Source of the DNA: Podospora anserina
Taxonomy: Eukaryota
Assembly (NCBI GenBank): GCA_017654855.1
Contig: CM030334.1
Coordinates: 434,001 to 498,000 of the forward strand
Reading direction: 5' to 3'
DNA length: 64,000 nt
The notes beneath the pieces are model-generated. The model was not told where the DNA came from. It was given only the letters and a program-made list of their open reading frames with translations, and made no database searches. Below are positions 33,861-46,321 of the stretch, one piece after another. Within the stretch, counting starts at the first letter, position 1; every line of letters begins with the position of its first letter. A program made the position numbers and the translations under genes.

Positions 33861-36663
33861 TTATGTATAAACACTTTCTGTCCACGAATTTACTTGCAAG
33901 CCCTTTTCCGCCATCGGCGCGTCGCGCAAGAATTCTAATGGCATCCAGACGAGGTGGCCCTTGATTTGGTCTAGCTTTTGTCTGACTTCGTGACCAGGTA
34001 TCATGCGATCGAAAATGTGTCCTGCCTTTACGCCCTTGGGCGGCATGTAGCCGTTGTAATCATCAAACGTTTTGACTATACGGATGATGGGTCAGTAAAG
34101 ATTGATCCAGATCTTTGGTCGAGTAGCATACCGTGATCATCTGGGTCGGCATGGAATAGCTGCCGGAATACCTCAGTGTTTTTCGACGCTCGGGACGTCC
34201 ACATCTCCCAGAGCTCATCGCTCAGGGGATCCTCAACAAACTTCCAAGAATCATCTTGATCTCCCACATCGTTGGGCGAGTCGTCGCCGGGCGGTTGTGC
34301 ATTCGGGTCATCGCTGCCGTCAAGATCCTGTGGCGGAAGCAGGCCGAGGTGTTCGCGCCAGAGATACCGCCGAAGGGTGGCAGCATGCCAGCCGGCCTCG
34401 TATGGCTTGCCGTCCATGGTGGACTGAAACGTCTTTGTATCCTCCATGACAATGCTCAATTCGCTGTCGTGATAGCCTAGTTGGCTTCGGTCATTCAGGT
34501 TGCTGGATCCGCAGACGACGATGCGGTCGTCGACGATGAGAAGCTTGGCGTGAATGTACAACTCCTCCTGGACCCAGTAATTGACCTCATCCTCCTCGTC
34601 TCCATCCCACGGAACCTCTGACAACTTCCCTTGATTGGCCATGGCGTAATGAGCAACACTTACAGGAGAGTCCACACCCATGTCTCCATTCTTGGCTGCT
34701 TCAAATCGCCGCTTGATATCGGTATCTCGTTCACCAACCGAGTTCCCTCTTGCCTGCTCCAAATTAACTGGCATCTCACCATGAACGGTCCGCGCCTGAC
34801 CACCATGTTGCTCACTCCTGTGACCCATATGGCTGTCACGACCACCATCCGTGTCTATTGTGCCGTGGATACCCTCGCCCATCACCTCCTCAGCTTCAGC
34901 ACGCTGCAGTTCCTGGTACTTGATGCCCGACTCTTCCTCTTGCTTCTTGATGGCTGACGTCCTGTTAAGACGGTCATAACTTCTCAGGTTGAAGAAGAAA
35001 ATGTGCTTCGTTGGATCGACACCCTCCTTCTTGATCTGTTCAAAGATGCTGTGCTCGCCCCTGCAAATTGACTTGTACTGGTAATCCATGATGGCTCGAG
35101 TCCCGATGGCTCCGTCCTCTCGCAGGTCTCCGGCGAAGCCGGGCACTGCTGGGATGAGGATCATGACGCGGAATTTGCGGCCCTCCTTGGCAGCACTCAC
35201 TACAGCATCTACAATGGCACGGCCGATTGTGTTGTGGATGGGGTTCTGCTGGTCGCCTGTCGCTGTGATGAAGAACTGGTTTTCGATGTACACATAATGC
35301 TTGGCGTTACGAATGATGTCGGAATAAGCGTTCTGAATGGAATGGTCAGTGAGAATGCCGCTTGACCAATCGGCACTAGACCGGATGATCTGTGCATGAA
35401 CACTCCCCCGATGGTCAAGATGCTTTGTTTCCATGGGTGAGAGCGGATGGGTAACATAACCACCGACAGGGTGCTTGGGCCTTTGCACGCCCACAAGATC
35501 TTCATCCTCTCCCTGCCGACCTCTCAACTCGAGCCACTCGAACCGCTTGTCCCTTTTGTACTTGTCTCGCTTGACAAAATTCCAGCGGAGAACGAAATGT
35601 TCGGCGATGTCGTAGACGCAGGGCCCAATCACCCCCATGGCAACATCATGCCAAGGCATCCTTCCTGACTCTGCCTTGCTCAGCTCGTTTTGTTTCCAGT
35701 CATCAACGTTCTTAAAGTCCATGATCCGGTTGTTGTTGAAGTCTTGACCGGGCCAGACTTCGTTGCTGACACCCTCTGGATGCAAGTCGGAGAGAGCATG
35801 GTTGTGGCTGTCCCATCTCCCAAAGCACAGATCCAACCCGCCAATGAAGGCCATCTCGTAGTCAATAACGATCAACTTTTCGTGATGAGCCCAGTAAAAA
35901 GTCATGTCGGCCGCGTTCTCTAGCACGTTGTGATCTGGGTGACGCATAATCTTGATGTTGCCGTAGCCAGGAGAGCCTTCAGGGCACAAGGCCTGGAGCG
36001 CATGCTTTGTGTGCTCCGAGTTGCAAGTGAGAGCAGCCTGGACTTCTCGGTAGACCATGACGTAGATCTTGACCCCAGCCTCGGCTCGACGTTTTAGCAC
36101 TTGGTCTAGACGCCATTCCTTGTTGAAGTAAGGAGGCCGGCGTAAAAAGAGTTCGGGGGACAGCCACCAGTCCGCAATGTAGATGGTTTCCTTGGCCTTC
36201 TCGAGGGCGACTGACACTGCCTATTTCTGAGTTAGAAACAAGCTGAAATGGCAACATAAAGGGGACAAGTGGCTTACCCAAAAGTAGTCCCTTCCATCTA
36301 CATACCACTTGACCATATTGCCCTCTCTTTCAGGGAAATACGAGTCGAAGCGGTGGGACTCAGCTATCCTAGCGCGTTTCTCGTCACAGGCTTTCTCATG
36401 CTCCTCATCATGGCGATGCTCGGGATTGAACTATGGCGGGTCAGTTTGCCATTGTCAATAAGGGGGCATTGAGAAGTAGATCTTACCAAGTTTGCAAACT
36501 TGCCAATTTTATGCTTCGTGTGAACCATGTGAACCTTGGTATCGTGAAGATGGTGGTTGTGGCTAAGTTTGGCCTTGAGATCATGAAATGGGAGTTTGAT
36601 CTTGTCCCCCAGGCTGTGGCGATGCTCGCCAGAGACTTTACCAGTAGCAGATGAGTGGGCCAT
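33861..36663 (-). CDS. Phospholipase D, two HKD motifs, no evident PX/PH domains
   Basis: YIADWWLSPE, HHEKLIVID, PWHDV, YIENQFFI, YIHAKLLIVDD..GSSNLNDRS; three introns. Confidence 0.95.
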
Positions 36664-37808
36664 TGTTGTGATGGTGGCAGTTCTCAGATTGTTTGACAAG
36701 CAGGTGCTGAAAGGTGGTTAGTTAGTGATTGGGGAAAGGCCGGTTTTAAGGCCAGTCCCTCTCTTCAAGAGGTTGGCATCTGGTGTGGGCGGCGGGATGT
36801 CGTGCGATGATGACGGCCGGTTTAGGCGAGCAAGTTCAAGGCACAACACCAGGAAGACTGGACATGTGGACGTGCCGACTTCCGTTCGGGAATAGGTTCA
36901 AAATTCGCAAAGAGTTGGGGAGTTGGCGGGGGACGGGAGCTGGGACGGGGGACTGGGATGCCTCGAGACCCTTAAGGTAGCAGATATTCTCGAGGGGTCG
37001 TCATTGGCTTTGTCGGGTGCATGAACTGTATAACGTCCCATCAAGAAACAAGTGCATCAGTCCTCGGCTTACGAGCGGCTCTAAAGTGGAGGGGGCCGTC
37101 GTTTGGTAGTAGCCTGGAAAACAGCTGTGGACGGGCTTGGGAGGTGCGCGGCGCCGCCTGGATGACGTCATGTTAGGAGGATGCAATTGTGAGTGAGTGA
37201 GTGCACTTGAGGTGGGAGAGATGGGAGAGATGGGACTAGGAAAGTAATGGCCATTCTGCCAAGGTTCGAGAACTATTATAAGCTTTATTCAATATCGAAG
37301 GTGAAAACGAGACGAATCAGCTGGCAGGATGGGGTGCTTCCTCAGCTGCCCTGTCCCAGCGAGAAGTGACTGCGCATCATTCGACCTTTCCTGCCCATGA
37401 CCTTTTTTTTGTGCCCGAGGGCTCTTTGAGGGTTGGAAGATAGCAGTGCTTGTTTGATTTGAACCCCGTATCTCTCCTTTCAAAAACAAGTGCCCATGCG
37501 ACGGCGATGTCCGCATTTGCCAAGAGATTGGTCGCAACATCACACCTTCACCTTCAGACACACGTGATGGATGCTCACCTTCACCAAGCCAACGGTGAAG
37601 CGGCTGCGGGGGCGGGGTAACTCCCTGTCCTGTTAGGGGCGAGGGCGGGGCAGCGGCTAGTGTAGCGGTTAGGGGTCCGTCGGGCATGTTCCAGCTCCCG
37701 TCCAAGGCTCAATTGACCGCCTCGTGTTCCATGTTCCTGCACCGAACCCCCAGCTTATCTCGAGTTGAGTCCAACCTTCAACCAACCTTCACCATCCAAA
37801 ACACCACC

Positions 37809-38552
37809 ATGGCCGCCGCCGCCGTTGTCCAAATCCCCGCCGGGGCTACCTTCCTTGAGACCTTCAAGAAGTCCTTCGTTGATGTCCCAATCGATGCTGA
37901 GAAGGGCAATGCCATCTCCACCGCCGAGTTCCTTGAGGCGGCCGAGTCCTTGACCACCATGTTCGATGTGCTCGGCTCCATCGCCTTCTCCCCCGTCAAG
38001 ACGGATATGTTGGGCAACGTCGAGGTGCGCTGCTATTATACCTGTTGGTTAGGACGTCAGCTAACCACCCTTTCCTGCTAGAAAATTCGCAAGCGCATGC
38101 TTGCCGCCCCCCTCGAGTCCCAGAACATCCAGGATCTTGTGAGGAACGAGCTCAAGACCAAAAGCCATACCGCGACGGAGGGGTTGCTGTGGCTGGTCAG
38201 GTGAGGGCGCCTTGATCTGTTCCATAGCCAAGTCAAGTCACTGACAGTGGTCTGTGACAGGGGTCTCGAATTCACATGCATTGCTCTTAGCAAGAACATC
38301 GGCTCAACAGAGGAGCTCGCCGACTCCTTCCGCGGGTCTTACAGGGTGACTCTCAAGCCACACCACAGCTTCCTGGTGAAGCCCATCTTCAGCGCCGCCA
38401 TGAGCGCGTGCCCATACCGCAAGGACTTCTACGCCAAGCTTGGTGACGACGAGCAAAAGGTTCAAGAGGAGCTTCGCGAATACCTTGTTGCTCTCGACAA
38501 GATCGTCAACATTCTCAAGAGATTCTTGGAGAGCAAGGAGGCCAAGTGGTAA
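37809..38552 (+). CDS. het-c: Glycolipid transfer protein HET-C (vegetative incompatibility), 208 aa
   Basis: Exons 37809-38024, 38082-38200, 38261-38552 total 627 nt; GLTP motifs DMLGNVEK, LLWLVRGLEF, LKPHH; matches my recollection of P. anserina HET-C2. Confidence 0.95.
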
Positions 38553-40035
38553 ACGGTGGGGAAAACCATTTTCGGGGGACGCAAAAAGCATACGCATCTT
38601 ATACGGGATAATACCTACCCATGCCACACACATGCAATTCTCACTCAAATTGCCAGAGCTCAGCTCAGGTCCCAGCTCTCAGCTCTCAGCTCCCAGTCAC
38701 TGCCGACCCTCACCACCGGCTGTGCTCCGCTCTATGTAGTCTCCACTAGATAGGAGCTCAAACATGGTACCATCCCCCACCATCAACTACACCACGTCTC
38801 ACTTGTATGTAGTGCAAAGAGCTCCACCATCGTCCACAAGGAAATGATATATTCTGCAATATCACCACGCAGGTAGCCGAGGCGCAGGCCCGCAACTGCT
38901 CGCATCTCGCTGTGCTCTGACAGTGGCAGTTTGGGGTGTCCCCTGAAGGTCTGTCTCAGATGGCCTCAAAGTCTTGGCAGACGACGTCATCACGAGAATG
39001 CGGCCGCTGAAGCATCTGGCGAGGCAAACAAATATGAGCTACGGGCTTTTGTAGGTTTAATATCAGGTCCAGCCATTGGTTACACTACCTGGGGGGAATG
39101 CAGATTGACTGAGCGCACTCTGCCTGATGCCTATCTTGGGACGCCATCACGTTGGACTGGTTCCACAGAATGATGTGTGACTGAACAGCCACACGGTGAC
39201 CATGGAGCGGCCAACTAGTGACGGGACGGACTTGGGGCCGGCGAAGAGGCATGACGGGCGTCGGCAGACGGGTCCCAGAATTTCTGTGGCAACATCTTGG
39301 CTGGTGTTGCAAAGTGACTTTGGAGCCGCGCCTCATCCATGCGCAAACGCGGTGGGAGACGGAACTCGGTATGTACAAGTCTAAGACTTGAAAGTTTGTT
39401 AGCTCGGGCGCTCGGACCAGCAACTTTAAACAACCATATCTTTTGGCTTATAATAGCTACAACGAAGCGGAAAAATAGCTAAAATAGATGAGTAAAGGTT
39501 CTCGAGTTTGTAAATACCCTTTTTTCCGCGTAAAAATTGGTGCTTGTAGAGAAAAGTTGTGAAGTTGTTGGAAGACGCCGCCACTTTAACGAACTTGGAG
39601 TGTATTCTCACAGTCCGGCCACTCGTATCCTGCCACTACTCGTAAAGTGCCAGCTAGGTAGCCAGCTCGGTAGCCAGCTAGTTTTGTGGCAGCCAAGGAC
39701 CGTGTTCCACAGCGAGGCAGAGTATATGCCCGAGCTGCCCAAGGCTGCTTTTTGCAGAGGTAGAACTTCCCGGTCAACAGGATGGATGCCATTCAGTCCA
39801 ATCCCACAGCGGGAGCGCTGCCCACTCACATGCAGTCACTGCAGTCTCCCCCACCTGCAGCCCAAGCCCCGCCATTGGTAGGTACCTCTGCCCCCCCAGA
39901 ACTTATTAGACGCTGGACCCCAGCCTCACCGGCCGTCTTCCGTCGCCCGACTTCTGTCCACGCTCTGGCTTTCTGCCTTTATTCTTAACCCTCCCCTTTC
40001 GACCGCCGCCGTCCTGCAGCAGAGCTGTTGTCGAA

Positions 40036-42768
40036 ATGGAGGCGATCAGGAAGCCCGGGAAGCCCAAGAAATCGGCATCCAAGAGCACCATACTCGGCTG
40101 GTTCCAGGGCACCAAGAAGACAGCCAAGGGCAGAGGAAAGTCGAAGAAAGCGCTGTCGCGAGCGGTGCCCATCCTGCAGCTCCCCCCAGAACTCATCCTC
40201 CTTGTCCTCGAACTGCTCGATATTACCGATCAGCTCGCCTTCAACCGCACCAACAAGTGGTTCTACTCGGTCATCAATACAGAAATCTACGCCAGAAATG
40301 TCCGCTTCGGCGGCTCAACCTGCATGTTCTGGGGTGCCGAGCATGGCAGGCTGGGCACCTTGAAGCATGCCCTCGCTGCGGGGGGGAATCTTGATGCTTC
40401 GGGGCCGCTGGCTCGCAAGGCAAAGGGGTCGGCGGCGAGCGACACGGAGACAGAAGACAGCGACAATGACAACACCGACGGCGATGACACTAACGATGAC
40501 GATGCCGATGTCGTGCCAGCGACGCGCACGCTGGACTCCAAACTCCAGCCTTATGCCACCCCACTCCACCTCGCCGCCAAGAATGGCCATCGCGATGTCG
40601 TTATCTGGCTGCTCGACAACGGCGTTGATATCAATGCGCCCTCGTTCCGGGTCTGCTCCTGCCACGCCATGAAGTTTGACAGGAATCCCCTGCGAAGGGC
40701 TGCCGACTGGCCGAGATGGCGGCCTCTGCACACTGCCATGTGTCACAACGAACGACTGGTGGCCGAGCTGTTGATTCACCGCGGTGCGTCTCTCAGCCTG
40801 GATGCCACCCCGGAACACAACCACATGGCCTTGCACACGGCTGCCGCTAACGGGTTGGTTCCCGTCATCAAGCTCCTCGCTCTCAACGACCCCGACCTCG
40901 ATGCCAACCAGCGTGATCGGTGGGACAACACAGCTCTTCACTATGTTGCCGAACTCTTCAGCGCTCGCGGCTCTGCCGACATCCGAGACACCATCGCCAA
41001 GCTGCTGGCCCTCGGCGCTGATCTCGAGGCTCACAATGAGCGTGGTCACACGCCGCTGTTGAATGCATGCTTCAGAGGCAATTTTGCCGTGGCACACAGG
41101 TTGGCCAGCATCGGGGCCAATCCCGACCCGCATCGATACATCCGTAAGTTCCGAGACATTCGGCCTCTCTACTTTTGCACCCTGCCACGAGCCGACTTCT
41201 TCAACCTCGACGACGCTCCAGTGAAGCACGATGAATTCGAGGGAAATCGGGTCTCGCTCATCCGGGCACTGGTGGAAGGCGGGGCTTGGGTTGACGCACG
41301 CTTCGACAAACGTGGCCATCGTGAGGCCACGGCACTAATGTTGGCCTGTGAGCTCGCTGAACCACGAGCTGTTGCTATGCTAGTCAGGTGCGGCGCCTCG
41401 GTCAATGCGCAAGATCGCAGTGGCAGGACGCCGCTGTATTATGCGTGCTCGGTCAGGGTCGATCACCGCGGCGAGGTGGCAGAAATAGCCGTGCTCCTGA
41501 TTCGTCATGGTGCCCGCATGGATTTGGAGGAGGAACCGATGAGCAGCCCGCTTGACTGGGCTGTGATGCAGCTGCGGTGGACGGAGGACAGGATTTTGCA
41601 GGAGATGCTCAAGGAGGCCAACGAAAACAGCGTTACCAGGCCGAAACTGAAGGCTGCTCTGAAAAAGTGCGCCTCCAGCGGGAACTACAAGGCTCTCAAG
41701 CTGCTGCTAACATTTGCCGACGAACACTTTGACGTTACAGATCGGGACGTTAAGTTCTATCTCGACCTCATCATTGAGCAAAGCGACCCGTGGAATCAAG
41801 TGGAGACGCTGGAAACAACTCTCAATTTCGGGAGGGCCGTATACAGCAACGAGATGCTTCTTCTCAAGACGATTATGCAAAAGAACAAGGCCCTCAGCAT
41901 TGCCGTCTTGAACCGCTTCGTGTCTGTCAGTGAACCAACCTTTCTCGGTGGCCAGACATACCTGCATCTTGCATGCCAGTGGGGAGAGGTAGAGGTTGTG
42001 AAGCAGCTTCTGGAGAGGGGTGCGGACGTGGACGTGTTTGATGATGAGCTGAGAACGCCTCTGTCGATCGCCGTCACGGAAGACCACCCCAACGTCGCCG
42101 CTTGCCTCATGAATGAGGTGGCTGATCCGTACCTGGTGCCGTCGGATGATGTGCTCCAGAAAATTTATGAGGATGACCCTGGTGAGTGGCGCTACATCAA
42201 GAAGAGGTTCCTCACAGCGTTCGACCTCGCCGTCCGAGAGAGCAGAATCTCTATCATTAAGGAGATACTCATGCGGTACAACCTACCACCAATACCGCCT
42301 CGCCAGTGGAAGGGCAGCTATCTTTACCGAGCCTGTCAGAATCCGAATCTGACACCGCTGAAACTGATCCTGGAACGACTAGAAGACTCGGAGGCGGCAG
42401 AGATGTGCTCCATGAGTATCCTCAAAGATGTTTGGAGTGAAAAGATCAGGATGGACGTGGCCGTGAGTGCACTGCAAGCGGCCAAGCTGCTGACGGACGT
42501 AGCTGTGGTGAGACACTCGCCTCAGTTCTGGGAGCTGGTGCAGGAGATAGCCATGTGGGAGGGGGCAGACCTACACAAGCTTACGATTTGGGATATGATA
42601 ATGAAGGAAATGAGGCTAAAAATCACGTCTTGCCATGACAAGGTGGAGGGCGATCTGGCGGACGCAGAATTCCCAAAAGGAACGGGCAAGAAACCGATGG
42701 TCTCCATAACACCCGACATGACAGACGAGGAACTTCTCGAGTGCGGAATACCGATTCCCAAAGATTGA
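40036..42768 (+). CDS. F-box-like plus ankyrin-repeat protein, 910 aa
   Basis: ILQLPPELILLVLELL (F-box-like); repeated TPLHLAA, RPLHTAM, ALHTAA, TPLLNAC, TALMLAC, TYLHLAC ankyrin motifs. Confidence 0.88.
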   Translation: MEAIRKPGKPKKSASKSTILGWFQGTKKTAKGRGKSKKALSRAVPILQLPPELILLVLELLDITDQLAFNRTNKWFYSVINTEIYARNVRFGGSTCMFWGAEHGRLGTLKHALAAGGNLDASGPLARKAKGSAASDTETEDSDNDNTDGDDTNDDDADVVPATRTLDSKLQPYATPLHLAAKNGHRDVVIWLLDNGVDINAPSFRVCSCHAMKFDRNPLRRAADWPRWRPLHTAMCHNERLVAELLIHRGASLSLDATPEHNHMALHTAAANGLVPVIKLLALNDPDLDANQRDRWDNTALHYVAELFSARGSADIRDTIAKLLALGADLEAHNERGHTPLLNACFRGNFAVAHRLASIGANPDPHRYIRKFRDIRPLYFCTLPRADFFNLDDAPVKHDEFEGNRVSLIRALVEGGAWVDARFDKRGHREATALMLACELAEPRAVAMLVRCGASVNAQDRSGRTPLYYACSVRVDHRGEVAEIAVLLIRHGARMDLEEEPMSSPLDWAVMQLRWTEDRILQEMLKEANENSVTRPKLKAALKKCASSGNYKALKLLLTFADEHFDVTDRDVKFYLDLIIEQSDPWNQVETLETTLNFGRAVYSNEMLLLKTIMQKNKALSIAVLNRFVSVSEPTFLGGQTYLHLACQWGEVEVVKQLLERGADVDVFDDELRTPLSIAVTEDHPNVAACLMNEVADPYLVPSDDVLQKIYEDDPGEWRYIKKRFLTAFDLAVRESRISIIKEILMRYNLPPIPPRQWKGSYLYRACQNPNLTPLKLILERLEDSEAAEMCSMSILKDVWSEKIRMDVAVSALQAAKLLTDVAVVRHSPQFWELVQEIAMWEGADLHKLTIWDMIMKEMRLKITSCHDKVEGDLADAEFPKGTGKKPMVSITPDMTDEELLECGIPIPKD

Positions 42769-43438
42769 AGGGGGGACGAAAAAAACAGTATTACAGGAAG
42801 GATGGGTGGTACCGAGTGTTTACATAGACGCGCACATACACAGGGGAATCTGGGTTTCGGCGGATTTTCCTTTTCATTTGCTGGAAAACAAGAGTAAGGA
42901 CGGATATTCAACGGATATGGTGTTTTCTCGTGCCGGGTCGGTTGATCAAGATGCACCACTCACATATTTGGGAACCACAGCACATAAACTGGACGATGGT
43001 AATGACATGGTATGGGACTTCAAGGCTGGGAGGGATGGGGGCGTTTCGGAAGAGTGATATGAGCGAGCATCTGTTCTACTACACCTTGCTTTGCTGTTGG
43101 TCATATGGTATTCTAGACATGGAAAACAACTGGTCACTGGAGGATTGTGAGCTAACAAATATTGATGTCTTTTCATGCCCGACGCTCGTCAAGGGCGTCG
43201 ATCACTACCTTTTGCACCTACTGACTACTCAAGAACCATACGCTTGTCAGTAAATCAGCTCCCTAATTTCCTATAAGACGGAGGAGCCCTTTTTATTTCT
43301 CTACCCAAGTGGCCAGCCACCTCATGGAGTTCTGTCGGATAGGTAGGTATGCTCAAAGTTCAAAGCGACGTGCATTCTGCATCCTTCCGCCAGCTTGATA
43401 GGTCAAAGCCTGGAACAATTGTCACCAACAACAAAAAA

Positions 43439-43512
43439 GCCCGTGTGGCGCAATTGGTTAGCGCGTCAGACTTTTAATCTGAATGTTGCGAGTTCGAGTC
43501 TCGCCATGGGCG
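43439..43512 (+). tRNA. tRNA-Lys(TTT)
   Basis: GCCCGTGTGGCGCAATTGGTTAGCGCG, anticodon stem TCAGA/TCTGA, loop CT-TTT-AA, T arm GCGAG-TTCGAGT-CTCGC; TTTT terminator follows. Confidence 0.95.
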
Positions 43513-44663
43513 ATATCTTTTGCTATAAGATGATCTTGACAACACAAATCCATCTCTCCATCATTTTTTTTGCATCATCACAATCACATCTCGGCATTTT
43601 CGGAATTTGTTTGCGACCCTGTTGGTGTGAACCAACACACAAACAACCCAACATGCAACAGGAAAATAGGGGCTCAGGGGCCTAGCTTGACAGTTCTCTG
43701 TGCCGACTTTTTATTTTGTAACGACGCATATCACGATCTGGTCACACGTGAAGCTGCGGAACTGTAGTACCATATCGCCTCCCGAATATAGAAGTCTTTG
43801 GTGATCCGAACGTCGAGATACAGCAGAGGATACGGCCTTCCACGAAGGTTACGGCATCAACACGCCCTTCATAACACCACGTCATTCAATGTAGGTAAAA
43901 GGACCACGCTTTATCATAGTTAGACCTTGACTTGATATCTACGGAGACACCATTATGCATCCTTGTAGCTCCCGCAATTCCCAAGAGATACGCTGGATAG
44001 GTAAGGCAAGCATGGGATCAGTAACCACCTTATTCGCGGAAAGCTGCTCGCAGATCTGCATCGACAATTTCCTGGTTCTTGAAGTCGGACTGTCTCTTTT
44101 CAATCGTAAGACAGACAGACAGGCCTTGGTTTTCAAGAGTCCGATGGTGGGATTGCATGATGCGAGATCGGCTCATGTGCATATCGAACCCTCCGAATCA
44201 GTACGACTCTCGTACAGATTGCCACCGCAAGACGAGATACGGGGATTACGGTTGCCCACGACGAAGAATCATTTGCAGAAACCCGAGAAAGAGAGGCAGG
44301 AAGGAAGGAATACAGTACAGTGATTCACGCGGACGCCTGACTCTACTACAACTACGACGTGATGCTTACACCAGGCCAGTGCCGATCGTATACCAGAGAC
44401 GAAAGTTCGGGCACTTTCGTCAACTATTGGAGTTGAACGGTGGGTGAGACATTGGCTCGTTGTAGTAGCTCGTAACCCATAGCCCAATGGCATCCAAAGA
44501 CGTTTCCCCCCCCCATGTCGTGCCCGCCCGTAGTGCGATGAAGTCGGGTGCCCCCCCCCCTGCCATGAATAATAAATACCCAAGTCCCCGTGCAACACCT
44601 CTTCCCACCTTCGTCTCCGGTGTTTTCAAGAACGACACAGTGGTAGACAAGGCTACCATTCCC

Positions 44664-46107
44664 ATGCCGCCAACTATGGATATTAGCGTCATCATTGTAG
44701 GAGGAGGGCCGGTTGGACTGACAGCAGCCCACGCATTCTCCAAGCTCGGGATCGACTTCACCCTTCTCGAGCGCCGCGACATTATCGCCGAAGATGTCGG
44801 CGCCAGCATCGTTCTATGGCCGCACGGAATACGCATCATGGCTCAACTCGGCTTGCTGGACCAGCTGTTGTCCATTGGTACAGGATTAATGTCGGGTACA
44901 TTTCAAACCGTAAATGGCAAAGCCTTTCTTCGGACGAGCTCTCCCCAACTGTGCAAGACCAAGTAGGTCCTTGATATCCGCAAAACCTGGTTGAAAGTCA
45001 CTCATCACAACTCCCACAAAAAGCCATGGAATCTACCCCCAATGCTTCGCCCGCGCGGAGCTCATCTCCACTCTCTACAACACCCTCCCCCCCTCGGCCC
45101 GATCCAGAATCCACACCTCCAAAACCGTCACATCCATCTCTTCTGTTCCTGGCGGCGGCATCAAAGTCCTCTGCTCAGACGGCACCTCCTACACGGGAAC
45201 CTTCACCCTCGGCGCAGACGGAATCCACAGCGTAGTCCGCAAAACCATCCTCTCCCTCTCCCCCCCTCCCATCACCCCGTCCCCGTTAAAAACGCGCTAC
45301 TCCCTCCTCTGGTTCTCCCTCCCCCTCCTCCCCACCATCCCGGCCAGCTCCGCCTTCGAAGTCCACTCCAAAAACCTCTGCCTCCAAGTCCTCGCAAACG
45401 AGAAATCCAACGTCCAATTCTGCTTTCTCTACCAACTCCTCCCCCCTGATCACTCACCCTCCAAGAAATTCACCCAGTCCGATATCGAAGCCATCATCTC
45501 CCGCCCTGATGTATCTTCCCTCCCACTGGGGGGGTCCGGCCTAACAGTCAAGGACGCATGGCCCTTAAAGTTAAAATGCGGCATCACACCGCTAGAAGAA
45601 GGCATCCTCAAGCCGGAGTGGCATTTCGGAAACCAGATGGTTCTCGTTGGGGACGCGGCGCACAAAGTCACGCCGACGATTGGGCAGGGGCTGAACATGG
45701 GCTTGTTGGATGTGGTTTCGCTCGCAAATCAAGTGTCCGAGTTCGTGGGCTCTGCCGGGTCCAGCCGGGAGAAAGTTTTGGGGGGTTTGGATGGGGCGTT
45801 TAGACGGTACCGAGCCGAGAGGCTTGAGAGCGTGGAGGAAGATTACAAGAGGTCCGGGCTGGTGACGAGGCTGACCTGCTGGCGGGATTGGCGGTTTAAA
45901 CTGTTCGACAGGGTGGTGATGCCGATTCCGGGGGTCGATGTCCTGCTTGTGAACAAGGTTAACTCGCCCATCATGGCGAAGGGCCTTGTGTTTAGGGGGA
46001 TAAGAGTGGAGAGGGAACCATTTGAGGGGAGGGTCAAATGGAAGGAAAAGATGCCGCTTCTAGACAAAACAGCGCATGATGAGGAGAGAAAAGAGAGTGG
46101 GGGATGA
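44664..46107 (+). CDS. FAD-dependent monooxygenase (FAD_binding_3 type)
   Basis: VIIVGGGPVGL, GADGIHS, LVGDAAHK..GQGLNM; intron 44963-45023; start could be as far upstream as 44487. Confidence 0.9.
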
Positions 46108-46321
46108 GAGTACTTGATGAGGGCCTCTTGGGCAGGCGGCAATGGTAGAAAATGAAAAAGACGCATTGTAATACCTAGGATTCATTGTCTTCCCAAACAA
46201 GATAAACTCGGGGTATATAAGTAAGGTTAAAAGCCACAAGAAACCGAATGACTAATGCACCAGAAATCGACGCCATGCCCATTTTATGTAACCACCCTCG
46301 CCCCGACACGAAAGAAACCCA

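Noticed and set aside
40315..41319. 334-aa antisense ORF in the ankyrin gene
   Set aside because: Codon-bias shadow of the sense gene.
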